DNA from: a virus
Reading direction: 5' to 3' (one strand)
IMG/VR virus record: IMGVR_UViG_3300009320_000008
Coordinates: 1 to 64,000 of that record
DNA length: 64,000 nucleotides
Shown one piece after another: positions 1 through 9,311 of the stretch. The notes under the pieces were generated by a model. That model was not told where the DNA came from, did no database searches, and saw only the letters and a program-made list of their open reading frames with translations. Made by a program: the position numbers and the translations under genes. Numbering within the stretch: the first letter of the stretch is position 1; the number at the start of each line of letters is the position of its first letter.

Positions 1-156
1 CAATTCCCAGGATATTGGGATGATAAATTTGGCAATCTTGGGTATGCTCGTGTCCAAACAACCGCCGAAATGATTAAATTTGGATTGGAGCTTTGGAAAA
101 ACAAGCCTGGAATTAGGGCGTATTGGCATAACCTACTCTTTTACAAGAGGATTTAA
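1..156 (+). CDS. 3' end of a hypothetical protein (runs in from the window edge)
   Basis: Frame 1 is open from base 1 to TAA at 154-156 (QFPGYWDDKFG...YKRI*). Confidence 0.5.
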   Translation, partial: QFPGYWDDKFGNLGYARVQTTAEMIKFGLELWKNKPGIRAYWHNLLFYKRI

Positions 157-157
157 G

Positions 158-785
158 ATGAGGAAAATAATTGTTGATAAAGGAACCAGGTTTGGTCGTG
201 GAATTGTTGTGAAGCAATCGCCTAATGGTAAAGTAAACCTAAAATGTGATTGTGGCAATTCCTACACCCCATTTTTTATCAGATGTTAGGAGAGGGTATA
301 CCAAGTCTTGTGGATGTTTGCAAAGGGATATTGTTGCGAGTAACAAAACGACTCATGGTATGACTGGAACTCCTATTCATAATAAATTTGTAGCTATGTG
401 GAATAGGGTTAAGTGTCGGTCTGATTATAAAAACAGACCTGTATGTGATCGATGGAAAAGCTTTGAGTTTTTTATGGAAGATATGAATGTGTCATTTGAA
501 GCGCATGTAAAAATATATGGATTGAAAAATACTACTCTCGACCGGATAGATAATGATAGTGGATACAGTCCTAATAATTGTAGGTGGGCAACACACAGAG
601 AACAAGCCGAAAACTCAAACCGTAGCAAGAGGTTTATGGCTAAGAATATAGAAACGGGAGAGATTGTAGTGGCTAACAACCAAAATAAATTCGCCAAAGA
701 AAAAGGATTGAATGTTGGTTGTTTAAATGGTGTATTGAATAAACGACACCGGCAACATAAAGGCTGGAAGTTTTGTTACATTTGA
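158..785 (+). pseudogene. HNH homing endonuclease-like gene with a +1 frameshift
   Basis: MRKII..KCDCGN in one frame continues as [34 protein letters not shown] in the next; removing one T from the T6 run at 272-277 joins them. Confidence 0.8.
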
Positions 786-807
786 TTTTCTATGAATTGA
801 TAGCTTA

Positions 808-925
808 ATTATAGCCCGTTCTTGCCTCTCACCGGCCATATAAGACAGTAAATAACGACTCAAATAAAAAAGGCATAGTCAGCTATGCCTTTTCTTTTCG
901 AACGTCTTAAAACGTGATACAGAGC
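808..925. repeat. Dispersed intergenic repeat, copy 1
   Basis: Shares ACCGGCCATATAAGACAGTAAATAACGACTC and TTCGAACGTCTTAAAACG with 22797-22880; related to 42317-42427. Confidence 0.85.
866..898. terminator. Bidirectional intrinsic terminator between convergent transcription units
   Basis: AAAAAA-GGCATAG-tcag-CTATGCC-TTTTCTTTT. Confidence 0.75.
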
Positions 926-928
926 GTT

Positions 929-1339
929 TTAGTTTTCTTTTCTTGCTAATAGCGTAGAACATGGATCCCCTCTGAAATCTCTGAAAAGAGACAACATTTC
1001 TCTTATAGGATCTGATCCTAAAACCAATTGCATTGCAATCCTTTGGGCATTTGTAAAATCAAGATCAAGGGTCACAATTATATGTTCATGTCCTTCGCTT
1101 TTTGACGGATAGGATATATAGGAAACACCCCCATCGAATTCTTCCTTAATGCGTTCAATCCTCTGAAGGAATAATTCCTTATTAATATGTGAATCGATGT
1201 CAATTTGGAGTTCGTTCTTTTCCGGCACAAATATTTGGAATCCGTCTTCTTTCATTCTTTCGACATATTGTTCTCTGGATTCCAAATACGCTTCTACTTC
1301 AAGAACTTCCTTAAGTTCGTTATCGGTAATTACTCTCAC
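929..1339 (-). CDS. Hypothetical protein with AEP primase-like motifs
   Basis: LQIDID, SKSEGHEH and LGSD motifs; RBS GGAGG upstream. Confidence 0.45.
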   Translation of the reverse strand: MRVITDNELKEVLEVEAYLESREQYVERMKEDGFQIFVPEKNELQIDIDSHINKELFLQRIERIKEEFDGGVSYISYPSKSEGHEHIIVTLDLDFTNAQRIAMQLVLGSDPIREMLSLFRDFRGDPCSTLLARKEN

Positions 1340-1468
1340 GTTTTACCTCCTTTTCAGTATTATGTAAACTTTTTTGAACGCAGGAAGAACATGTAAAATC
1401 ACTTCCCTTTGCTGGTTTGTATTGTATTTTCTTTCCTTTGTGAAAAAGGTAATCTGGCTTCCCACATT

Positions 1469-1804
1469 TTACACAGAGTGCTTCCATAATAATTCTCTCT
1501 TTCTTCTCTGTCTGTTTGAGGTTTTTCGCCGTTGTTTGAACATGAACAGGGACTCACCGATATGTCGTTTTGGATTGATCTTTTTCATCAATTTGGAGTA
1601 TCGTTTTCCTTTGTACATACTCTCCAAATTGAACAATGCTCTTGGGTTTTTCGGAAGTTTTTTCTCTTTGGAGAAGGGAACACAAAAAGGTTGTTTAATG
1701 TGTCTCCATCTTTTGATTGCACGGTTTGTGAATGCTCTTTGTTTCTCTTTCCATCCTTCCAAGACTTCTTTTGCTTTTTCTTTAATAGGAATCATGTTGT
1801 CCAC
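1469..1804 (-). CDS. Basic hypothetical protein
   Basis: 111-aa ORF overlapping the upstream gene. Confidence 0.55.
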   Translation of the reverse strand: MDNMIPIKEKAKEVLEGWKEKQRAFTNRAIKRWRHIKQPFCVPFSKEKKLPKNPRALFNLESMYKGKRYSKLMKKINPKRHIGESLFMFKQRRKTSNRQRRKRELLWKHSV

Positions 1805-2748
1805 CTTTTTAGCCAGTCTTCCATCGTTGTAGTTATTTGGGATTTGATATGTTCTCGGTGATCTTTTTGAAGGTCAAACATTTTGTAGGTCAGATTTTGA
1901 AGATGTCCAATGTCACCTTTGCAATGTGCCATGAAATTTAAGGCAAATTCCTTGCCCCCGACCATGTATGCTGCAATTGCTTGATTGCGTTTATGGTCAG
2001 TATAATTCCAATGATACTGTCGTTTTGATCCATGATGGCAAAGGGGATGTCCAACCTTGATGTATTTTTTCATTCCCATTACTGACATGACATAATTAAG
2101 GAAGTTTTCTCCTCCTCCATATATTCCCAACTCGGTAGGCCATCCCCCTACTTTGTCATACAGTTTTCGGGACATCATGACACCGCAGGTAGACATAGCT
2201 GGAACTTCATAAATTGGAAATCCGTGGGCGGGTGGATTATATGCTGTGAATCGATAGTCCAACAAGGAAGTCGGTAAATCAATTCGGAGTTTGTATACCA
2301 ATTTGTGATATTCCATAATATGATATGTAAGTGGAAGGTGAAGTGTGGCATTTCCTTCCATAAATACTTCTTGCATCATAAAATGACGAAACATATCCCA
2401 AAGAGCATTCCGTGATATAATGCAATGAGCATCACAAAACCATAGGATATTGCCCTCAGAGTTTTTCACACCCATATTTTTGGCTTGCCAGTGTGACAGC
2501 TTATCTGTATAGTGCAGGACTTTCAGCCACGGATGGCCTTTTGCACAAGCAATGAGGTGTTCTCTTGTTCCATCATCCACTTTACCTCCTACTTGTGCCT
2601 TAACCTCATCACAAAAATTGTCTATGACGATGATTTCAAAGTCCACCCGATCCCGTAACTCCTCAGCAATGTTACGCACAGTGAAAAGAACTTGGGGCCA
2701 CTCCAGACAGGTGGGTATGATTACAGATAATTTATCTCCCATTTTCAT
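1792..2748 (-). CDS. Glycosyltransferase, GT-A fold (GT2-like)
   Basis: LSVIIP, EIIVIDN, FCDAH (DxH), GGWP..GIYGGGEN. Confidence 0.85.
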   Translation of the reverse strand: MKMGDKLSVIIPTCLEWPQVLFTVRNIAEELRDRVDFEIIVIDNFCDEVKAQVGGKVDDGTREHLIACAKGHPWLKVLHYTDKLSHWQAKNMGVKNSEGNILWFCDAHCIISRNALWDMFRHFMMQEVFMEGNATLHLPLTYHIMEYHKLVYKLRIDLPTSLLDYRFTAYNPPAHGFPIYEVPAMSTCGVMMSRKLYDKVGGWPTELGIYGGGENFLNYVMSVMGMKKYIKVGHPLCHHGSKRQYHWNYTDHKRNQAIAAYMVGGKEFALNFMAHCKGDIGHLQNLTYKMFDLQKDHREHIKSQITTTMEDWLKRWTT

Positions 2749-2965
2749 CCTCTTTCTCTGCTATTGGATAATAAGCTTTAGGCCAAACTTTGACCTCATC
2801 TGAAAGTCTTACACCCAGCTCGATGGGTCCCACGAAATGATTCCTTTCAGTACAAGCTTTTATAGCACTTTCCTCTTCCCGAAAAGCTCCGAGAATCTCC
2901 CATGCCACTGTAGATTCATCGATTTGTTTAACGAATTTTCCAATGATCCAAATTTGTTCACTCAT
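2732..2965 (-). CDS. Hypothetical protein
   Basis: Coupled ORF in the operon with an RBS. Confidence 0.6.
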   Translation of the reverse strand: MSEQIWIIGKFVKQIDESTVAWEILGAFREEESAIKACTERNHFVGPIELGVRLSDEVKVWPKAYYPIAEKEDENGR

Positions 2966-3149
2966 TTTTCCCTCCTATAAATCCTGCTTTTAAGGTCTCA
3001 AAGAATTTTCTTCTGTAACTCTGATCTTTTGGATTTTCACCTGCCAGATCCACTCCTATGGGATTTTGCATTACGGTTTTCAGCCATCTGGCTTCATCCT
3101 CTTCCAATATTAATGTAATTTTGATTGTACTTTCAGTATGGACCTTCAT
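2958..3149 (-). CDS. Hypothetical protein
   Basis: Coupled ORF with RBS AGGAG. Confidence 0.6.
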   Translation of the reverse strand: MKVHTESTIKITLILEEDEARWLKTVMQNPIGVDLAGENPKDQSYRRKFFETLKAGFIGGKNE

Positions 3150-3150
3150 T

Positions 3151-3421
3151 TTACACTCCTATTCCTAAATGTGAGTCCTTGTCAATTTCAAACACCGACA
3201 TCCTATCAAACTCTGTTATCTTTTTCGGTGCTTTTGTTAGGTCATCATCTGTAAATCCCCCCAATGAGAAGATGATAAATTTACGCAGGTCAGATATTTC
3301 GTCTCTTCCAAGATATAGGTACTTAGGTTCCTTTTCCAGTTGTTGCCAAAAAGTCTATAGTTTTGACTTTTATGGTATTAACAATTTCAAAAGGATTGAT
3401 AATCTCTAAATCTGCTCCCAC
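3151..3421 (-). pseudogene. Small hypothetical gene broken by a +1 frameshift (absent from the ORF track)
   Basis: GTG..MGADLEII..LATTGK then EPKYLYLG..HLGIGV* in the +1 frame; length 271 = 270+1; resembles 18971-19225. Confidence 0.55.
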
Positions 3422-4164
3422 TCTGTGAACCATGCTTTGTTTCCCTTTTTGGCCCAACCATGTTCAACCATCCAATGTCGTCCTATATCAACAATGGCTG
3501 GAGGGGTATTCTGTGGATGAAAACTTCCAAAACGGCATCCCATCCATTTTTTAAACCACGGCCATCTCCATTTCATTTGCTTTTCTGGATTAATTGATAC
3601 ACCAACATTATCGACCGCATCTATCGTAAAGTTCTTTCTGTTTAGGGAGGGATGCCCTGCAAATCCTATATGGCCTCTCTCCTCTTTTTTCACTTCGAAG
3701 TATTTTCCATTCCAGTCAAGAAATTGAGACCAGTTTTTACATGTTAGTTCGGTAGAAGGGGCTTTGGATAAACGAAGATGAATTACAGATTTATCCTCTT
3801 CCATAATGTTTACCATATTGTTAAAGTCAATTGGAATATCCAATCTCCAATCTTCTTCAAGATGGAATAAATATTCGCCTTCCCTTTTATTAGCACTATT
3901 CCATACCCATAAAAAAGCTGTTGGGAAGTGCGCTCTTGATGGGAATCGTACTCGGTGATATTCTCCAAAGCACTCACGAACGATATCTAATATCCTATCC
4001 TTTTTTTCATCCATTTCATTTGTATCACATCCAACAGGATCGACACTCATATGAAGATAAAACGTGTGATCGGATGGAACAAATAGATTGTCCAAAAATG
4101 ATTTGAATGTGATCTCAAGGAGTTCGGGACGAAGGGTCGCCGTTGTTGTTACGTCTATTCTCAT
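3406..4164 (-). CDS. Glycosyltransferase-like protein (GT-A)
   Basis: TTTATLRPELL..T..SF N-terminus and YLFHLEEDW motif typical of phage GT-A proteins. Confidence 0.7.
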   Translation of the reverse strand: MRIDVTTTATLRPELLEITFKSFLDNLFVPSDHTFYLHMSVDPVGCDTNEMDEKKDRILDIVRECFGEYHRVRFPSRAHFPTAFLWVWNSANKREGEYLFHLEEDWRLDIPIDFNNMVNIMEEDKSVIHLRLSKAPSTELTCKNWSQFLDWNGKYFEVKKEERGHIGFAGHPSLNRKNFTIDAVDNVGVSINPEKQMKWRWPWFKKWMGCRFGSFHPQNTPPAIVDIGRHWMVEHGWAKKGNKAWFTEWEQI

Positions 4165-4516
4165 TTCTCATTTCCTTTTGGAGTTGTTCAAGTTCTGACT
4201 GGTCAGCAGAAACCTCCTTAATAAGCTGTTCTATCATTCCCACCACCGAAAGAAGCGAATTGAAAGTTTTCCTCAAGGCTATAATCATCTCCGGGTTTTT
4301 TCGGATCTCATCTTCCTGCATAATGTCAGGAATGGTTGCAATGTTCATGATTTCCACCTTTCTGTGGCGGCAAAATGAACTTACCAAATCAATAAAATCC
4401 TCATAGGTCACCTTATTTTTTGTTTCCATAATCTGTATACCCTTCCATGAAAAGTTGAAGATTCGGCTTTTGTGATAGCAAATGGAACTTTTAAATCCTT
4501 GAAATGATTCTTCCAT
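4115..4516 (-). CDS. Hypothetical protein (likely start at METKNK)
   Basis: ORF in the operon. Confidence 0.5.
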   Translation of the reverse strand: MEESFQGFKSSICYHKSRIFNFSWKGIQIMETKNKVTYEDFIDLVSSFCRHRKVEIMNIATIPDIMQEDEIRKNPEMIIALRKTFNSLLSVVGMIEQLIKEVSADQSELEQLQKEMRNENRRNNNGDPSSRTP

Positions 4517-4647
4517 CTTTCAAGGATTTTCTTGTCATTCTTTGTGTAGATTTCATCCACATAGGCAATAAGTTTTTTAAGAGGAATAGCATCGAATTCT
4601 TCTTCCATGAATTTGTCCACCACCCGTTCTTTAGAAAAATCCTTCAT
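4408..4647 (-). CDS. Hypothetical protein
   Basis: ORF in the operon. Confidence 0.55.
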   Translation of the reverse strand: MKDFSKERVVDKFMEEEFDAIPLKKLIAYVDEIYTKNDKKILERWKNHFKDLKVPFAITKAESSTFHGRVYRLWKQKIR

Positions 4648-4649
4648 AG

Positions 4650-5276
4650 TTATTCCCTCTCAATAGTTAGATAACTTTTCTTGCCCCTTTTTTCAACAAG
4701 GAAAGTACGGTCAGCCGCTGTGTTTATATTTTTAGCATGGGAGATCATAATGTGCTGAATTTTAATCTCCTCATTAATCTTTGTTATCATTTGGGATACT
4801 TTGTGCTGGAGATCCGGAGACACGTTTCTGAATGGTTCGTCCAAAACAAGAACAGGACGATTTTTGTCCAAACACCAGAATCCTACTTGCATGGCATAGT
4901 CGGCCACATCGCAGGGACCGAATCCTGAACTGTCCTTTGGCTTTTGCAGAACTCCGAATTCTTTGAACATAAGATGAAGTTCCATTGTGTTCCTGCCAAT
5001 TCTTACCTCCGCAGAAAACTCAGGCCATTGGTCAGAGACAGAGGACAATGCCATTGTGCCAAGACTGGACAGATGGACTTCGAGATTAGATACCGTTTCT
5101 TGAACTGTCTGTTGAACTATCTCTCGTGCTTCAAGTGTATGAGTGTACAGAGCTTCGACTCGTTTTTCTTTTTCTTCTAATGAAGTCAATTGTTTAGATA
5201 AGAAAGCGTGGTCGTCTGCCTCACCCTTGAAGGCTGATTGCATCTTGTAATATATGGCACGGTCGAATTCTACCAT
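4650..5276 (-). CDS. sbcC: SbcC/Rad50-like ATPase, C-terminal half
   Basis: Signature SSGFG, Walker B VLVLDEPF, H-loop IMISH. Confidence 0.85.
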   Translation of the reverse strand: MVEFDRAIYYKMQSAFKGEADDHAFLSKQLTSLEEKEKRVEALYTHTLEAREIVQQTVQETVSNLEVHLSSLGTMALSSVSDQWPEFSAEVRIGRNTMELHLMFKEFGVLQKPKDSSGFGPCDVADYAMQVGFWCLDKNRPVLVLDEPFRNVSPDLQHKVSQMITKINEEIKIQHIMISHAKNINTAADRTFLVEKRGKKSYLTIERE

Positions 5277-5527
5277 TCGTAGTCCTCCCGCAACTTGTTG
5301 AACTTCTCCTTGATCTTGGTCCCAAGGTCGGCGGCTTCCGCTTTGAGTTTTACCAGACCCTTCTCTGCCTCCTCAGTGGAATCAAATCCGAACTCATCGG
5401 AAAGTCGAGACTCGTTGGTCTTAATGGAGCCCTTCTCCTGCTCCATTTCAGTCTTGCCCCTTTCTATCTCGCTTGACAGGAGGGTGAGTTCTCTTTCAAT
5501 ATTGACTTCCTGAATATTATTTTGCAT
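5270..5527 (-). CDS. Small coiled-coil protein of the SbcCD locus
   Basis: Heptad-rich 85-aa ORF between sbcD and the C-terminal sbcC half. Confidence 0.6.
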   Translation of the reverse strand: MQNNIQEVNIERELTLLSSEIERGKTEMEQEKGSIKTNESRLSDEFGFDSTEEAEKGLVKLKAEAADLGTKIKEKFNKLREDYEW

Positions 5528-6449
5528 TTGCTTTCTCCATCCATCCGTTTATAATGCCTTGTGTTTGATCGTGGATATTATCCTTGTTTGCATTGACTTT
5601 TTCAATGAGGTTTTTCTTGAAGTTCAAACCTTTTACCTTTTCTTTGTTTCCTGATTCCCCAAGTTTTTTGACAAGAGCTTCCAGAGTCTTGTTTTTGTCC
5701 TTTTCTTCTTTGGCGGTGACAAGGTCGTAGACTTCTTCGAAAGGAGCAACGGGAATGAAATGCTGTTCTGCCTGTTTGGTTTCGGTGTCATAAATCCAGA
5801 AGCAGGGTTTGTGGTTGGCCTGATCTATATTCTTCCGCATAAGACTTCCACAGTTTATCAACCACCTCCCCCCTGCTTCGTAGTGAAACGACTGGTGATT
5901 ATCTCCTGATATAATGAGATCGAATTTGGTTGTGCGGAGAAGAAAATTGGCCCTTGTGAATTCCTCTTGGCTCTCCCATAGTTTATCATTGACAATCATT
6001 CGATGAGTGAGAAGGATGTTTGTAGCATCGGGATCTTGTATCTCAGGCACATCTTGATTCCATCCAGAGGGATATACATAAATGTCTTCTCCGGGGCATA
6101 TCATTGGAAAATCTTTTAGCACTTTAATAACTTGTGAGGCATTCAAAACTCCTATTGGAGTGTTCTCTATTGGGGATGTATGGTAGCGGAGATCATGTTG
6201 TCCCACAACGGTTATAACTCTTGTCAACGGGACGTTCTTGAAATACTCTATCCATTTTGTTTTCAATTTGTCGGGAGCAGTATGATGATCGAATAAATCC
6301 CCAGGACACAGAATATGATCACATCCTAATTGAATGGAGGTATCTATTATGTAAACTATTTTAGCTCTTTGGGAAGATGAATACAAATCCTTCCTGTTCT
6401 TTGGCTGTTTATCTGTTAGGTGTATATCTCCGACTATTGCAAATTTCAT
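5517..6449 (-). CDS. sbcD: SbcD/Mre11-like metallophosphoesterase nuclease
   Basis: GDIH, GDLFD, GQHD, SGDNH, NCGS motifs. Confidence 0.9.
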   Translation of the reverse strand: MKFAIVGDIHLTDKQPKNRKDLYSSSQRAKIVYIIDTSIQLGCDHILCPGDLFDHHTAPDKLKTKWIEYFKNVPLTRVITVVGQHDLRYHTSPIENTPIGVLNASQVIKVLKDFPMICPGEDIYVYPSGWNQDVPEIQDPDATNILLTHRMIVNDKLWESQEEFTRANFLLRTTKFDLIISGDNHQSFHYEAGGRWLINCGSLMRKNIDQANHKPCFWIYDTETKQAEQHFIPVAPFEEVYDLVTAKEEKDKNKTLEALVKKLGESGNKEKVKGLNFKKNLIEKVNANKDNIHDQTQGIINGWMEKANAK

Positions 6450-6657
6450 CAGAAATCACTCTCGCTTTTTGGTTTTTCAGATTTGGTTATTGTAGAAATG
6501 CTCGCTGTTCTTATTGTTCCAACTCGTATCATTTTTTCACAATAGATGCAGGGTAAATGAAACACATCACTTCCATAGTATTCTGTATTTGTATATACAA
6601 CTGGTTTGACACAATCTTTCTTTTTTTGTAATGAGGGCATATTGTAGTTTTCATTCT

Positions 6658-7002
6658 TTATCCTAATTTCTCTGATCTGAACGGTTTCCCACATTCAATA
6701 CACTTTTCTTGTAAATCATAGTCTTTACATACATGTGTCGGGTTTTTGTCTTTACAGTCGATCATTTCTTCTGGGAACCAGTCTAATTCATCCCTATCCA
6801 AAAGATATTCCATTGGACATCCGATGGCACTTGCTATTTTATAAAGAAGATCGGCTCCTATGTTTATGGGATGATTTTCAAGTTCCCATATATAAGATTT
6901 ACTTGTTCCTACAAGTAGCGCCACGTCTGTCATTGTGAGTCCGATTTTTTTCCGAAGACTCTTTAATCGTGGACCGATAAAGATTGTATTTTCCTCTTGC
7001 AT
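6658..7002 (-). CDS. XRE-family HTH regulator with C-terminal Cys motif
   Basis: LKSLRKKIGLTMTDVALLVGTSKSYIWELE. Confidence 0.85.
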   Translation of the reverse strand: MQEENTIFIGPRLKSLRKKIGLTMTDVALLVGTSKSYIWELENHPINIGADLLYKIASAIGCPMEYLLDRDELDWFPEEMIDCKDKNPTHVCKDYDLQEKCIECGKPFRSEKLG

Positions 7003-7175
7003 GCGTTCTGTCCTTTGTGTTTTATTAATTCGTTAATCGCTTTGCTCGTTTTTGTTGCCATTGTTTCGCAATGACCACAGTATCCAATCATATAATCTAT
7101 GGTCTTCTTTTTTTTATCTATCCTCATAACAGGTAAGTGATTCCCACATATGTGGCACTTGATGTGGATGTTCAT
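6963..7175 (-). CDS. Small zinc-ribbon protein
   Basis: CHIC...CGHC. Confidence 0.55.
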   Translation of the reverse strand: MNIHIKCHICGNHLPVMRIDKKKKTIDYMIGYCGHCETMATKTSKAINELIKHKGQNACKRKIQSLSVHD

Positions 7176-7465
7176 ATCACTTCCTCACTTTCTAATTCGT
7201 CCAGCATTTTAAACTCATTTTCCATAGATTCAAGCTTATCTTTTAACCTGGCACTGAAAGACATTATCCGATTCTTTCTTCTCCGGATGGCTTCGAGAGG
7301 GGTCAGACAACAATCCTCTTTTAAAAATCGTCTGTTCCACCCAAAATGCCTGTTACCATGTTCGGATGAGTCCATACCATCATATATGTACATCTTAGGG
7401 GTTTCTCTCACCACAAGAGAGTACAATTTACCATTTACCACTGTATATATCATGCAATTTTTCAT
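7172..7465 (-). CDS. Hypothetical protein
   Basis: RBS GGAGG; ORF in the operon. Confidence 0.6.
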   Translation of the reverse strand: MKNCMIYTVVNGKLYSLVVRETPKMYIYDGMDSSEHGNRHFGWNRRFLKEDCCLTPLEAIRRRKNRIMSFSARLKDKLESMENEFKMLDELESEEVI

Positions 7466-7475
7466 AATTCCTCCA

Positions 7476-7640
7476 ATGATTATGCCTTGTAGGGTATGCC
7501 CGATGTCAATTCACCGGCAAATTACTTATAGGCGGGATAGCGTTGTCGAGAAAGCGGCCACCTTCCCCCACTTTTCCTTTTCCCTATTCTCATTCGTGGA
7601 GCTCCAGGTGCACTCCGCATACCCGACAAAGCATAATCAT
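7476..7640 (-). ncRNA. Candidate ~165-nt structured RNA closed by a 24-bp stem
   Basis: 7476-7499 and 7617-7640 are inverted repeats (22/24, one difference is a G-U pair on the minus strand); internal hairpins; no credible ORF. Confidence 0.5.
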
Positions 7641-7651
7641 ATCATTTTTCA

Positions 7652-8746
7652 TCATTTACTCCAATGTTTTTTATGTGCACCGCACTTTGTACAGTAGTCA
7701 AGTTGTTTTTCAAGAACAGATTTATCTAATTCCAACTTCTCACCCGCCTCAGATATGGCTAAAACTCGTTTGTTTGACTTCTGTATAGCGTTGCATAGCC
7801 CCAAAATTACGTTGCGTTTTTGAGCTATTAGAGATCGTTTATTTACAAGTTCCAGAATATCATTGACGGGCTTCTCCGCTTCGAGTAGAAACTCCTTGTT
7901 TTTTATAGACTCTTTTAATAATCCAATTTGTGTTATAAGAAGTGAAAGAGATTGGTAACGTTTTTGTTTATCCTTTCTTTTTGCTATTAGGTCTTGCAGA
8001 GCAGCAAGTTGTGGGGATGTTCCCTCAATCCATTTGTTAATTCCATCAACGTCTTCATAGGATCCTTGTAAATTGGTTATCAATGTTTGTAGACTGGATA
8101 TTTTATATTCCACCCGCAGTTTTTTTGATATAAGGACGTCAAGTTCCTCAAATTTCGTCTTTAGGGAGGGAACATGAGACAAAGCCTCCAATTTTTCTTT
8201 CGTTTCTTTTATGTCCGTTTTTACAATGTCCCTCTCATGTTTTCTCTTTGAAACATCGCTATTGGCTAATGCAAGGACCTCATTAATGATCTCCAATCCA
8301 ACAGCCTTGTTCACCTTCTTACCTGCTTGACCTGGTGAATCGTCAAGGATGAAGTATCCATCCCCTTGACTTCGCAAATTACGAGCATCCATTCCTGTGA
8401 TACTCTTTATCTCATCGGGAACTTTTCCACTTAATGCTTTAAGAGGATCGTTTTCTTCGTTTCCAGGAGCCCCCCATCTGTACAAGTTCTCCTTATTGTT
8501 GCGCTCTCGGCTAATCCACGAACCATCATCATAGCCTATAGCAGATATGGTGAAGTCTTTGGGATCAGCAAAATGAGATTTGAATCCGAATCCCGTAATG
8601 CTATTCAATATGGCCCATTTTATCGGGCGGAATACGGCAGACTTTCCATGATGGCTTGTACCTTTTATAACATTCACACCGTGGTGTGCTTTAAGTACAG
8701 CAGTTTGCCACGATTGGTAGAAGGTTATTTCAACTGTGTCGATCAT
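7652..8746 (-). CDS. sbcC: SbcC/Rad50-like ATPase, N-terminal half
   Basis: FYQSW, GVNVIKGTSHHGKS Walker A, coiled coil, C-terminal CTKC zinc hook. Confidence 0.85.
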   Translation of the reverse strand: MIDTVEITFYQSWQTAVLKAHHGVNVIKGTSHHGKSAVFRPIKWAILNSITGFGFKSHFADPKDFTISAIGYDDGSWISRERNNKENLYRWGAPGNEENDPLKALSGKVPDEIKSITGMDARNLRSQGDGYFILDDSPGQAGKKVNKAVGLEIINEVLALANSDVSKRKHERDIVKTDIKETKEKLEALSHVPSLKTKFEELDVLISKKLRVEYKISSLQTLITNLQGSYEDVDGINKWIEGTSPQLAALQDLIAKRKDKQKRYQSLSLLITQIGLLKESIKNKEFLLEAEKPVNDILELVNKRSLIAQKRNVILGLCNAIQKSNKRVLAISEAGEKLELDKSVLEKQLDYCTKCGAHKKHWSK

Positions 8747-9311
8747 TCCACATCTCCATTATCAACTCTTTGTCTATTGCATCAAAAAAGTCTGATAGTA
8801 ATGTAACTATAAATACTTGGTCATTGTATGCAAAGGTAGAGAATTTAGGGAAATAACATTCCAAATTTGTTCTTTCTTCAATCTCTTCCAATAATTCTTC
8901 ATTGAATATAATAAATTTACGGTGGCTATCCCGTTTAATGATAAGGAGTGTAAAGTCTCGTCCTGCCAGATTCTTTTCCCTTTCGGCTTTATTCCACCAC
9001 TCCCAAATTACAGGAGGTTTCCGATTGTTCAATTTATCAACAAACCCAAGGATTTCAATGTCTTTTGTATAACCTCGTTTCAGTTCGAATAAGAACAGAT
9101 CGAACAAAGGATAAGCATCAGGATGGGTGGGGCAAAGATCCCCGTATTGATAGGCTGTTTTAAGACCAGACTTTGCTCGTTCTGTAGCACGTCCCCCACT
9201 TGAATGAGTATGCCACATCAGGTCATTACGATCTCCATTAGACCACCAAAATGATAGATACTTGGATATTTCCCGTTCGAAATTTCCGCCTTTGATACTC
9301 TTTTTAGCCAT
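8730..9311 (-). CDS. Holliday junction resolvase-like PD-(D/E)XK nuclease
   Basis: KGGNFEREI..GDL..FELKRG. Confidence 0.75.
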   Translation of the reverse strand: MAKKSIKGGNFEREISKYLSFWWSNGDRNDLMWHTHSSGGRATERAKSGLKTAYQYGDLCPTHPDAYPLFDLFLFELKRGYTKDIEILGFVDKLNNRKPPVIWEWWNKAEREKNLAGRDFTLLIIKRDSHRKFIIFNEELLEEIEERTNLECYFPKFSTFAYNDQVFIVTLLSDFFDAIDKELIMEMWNDRHS

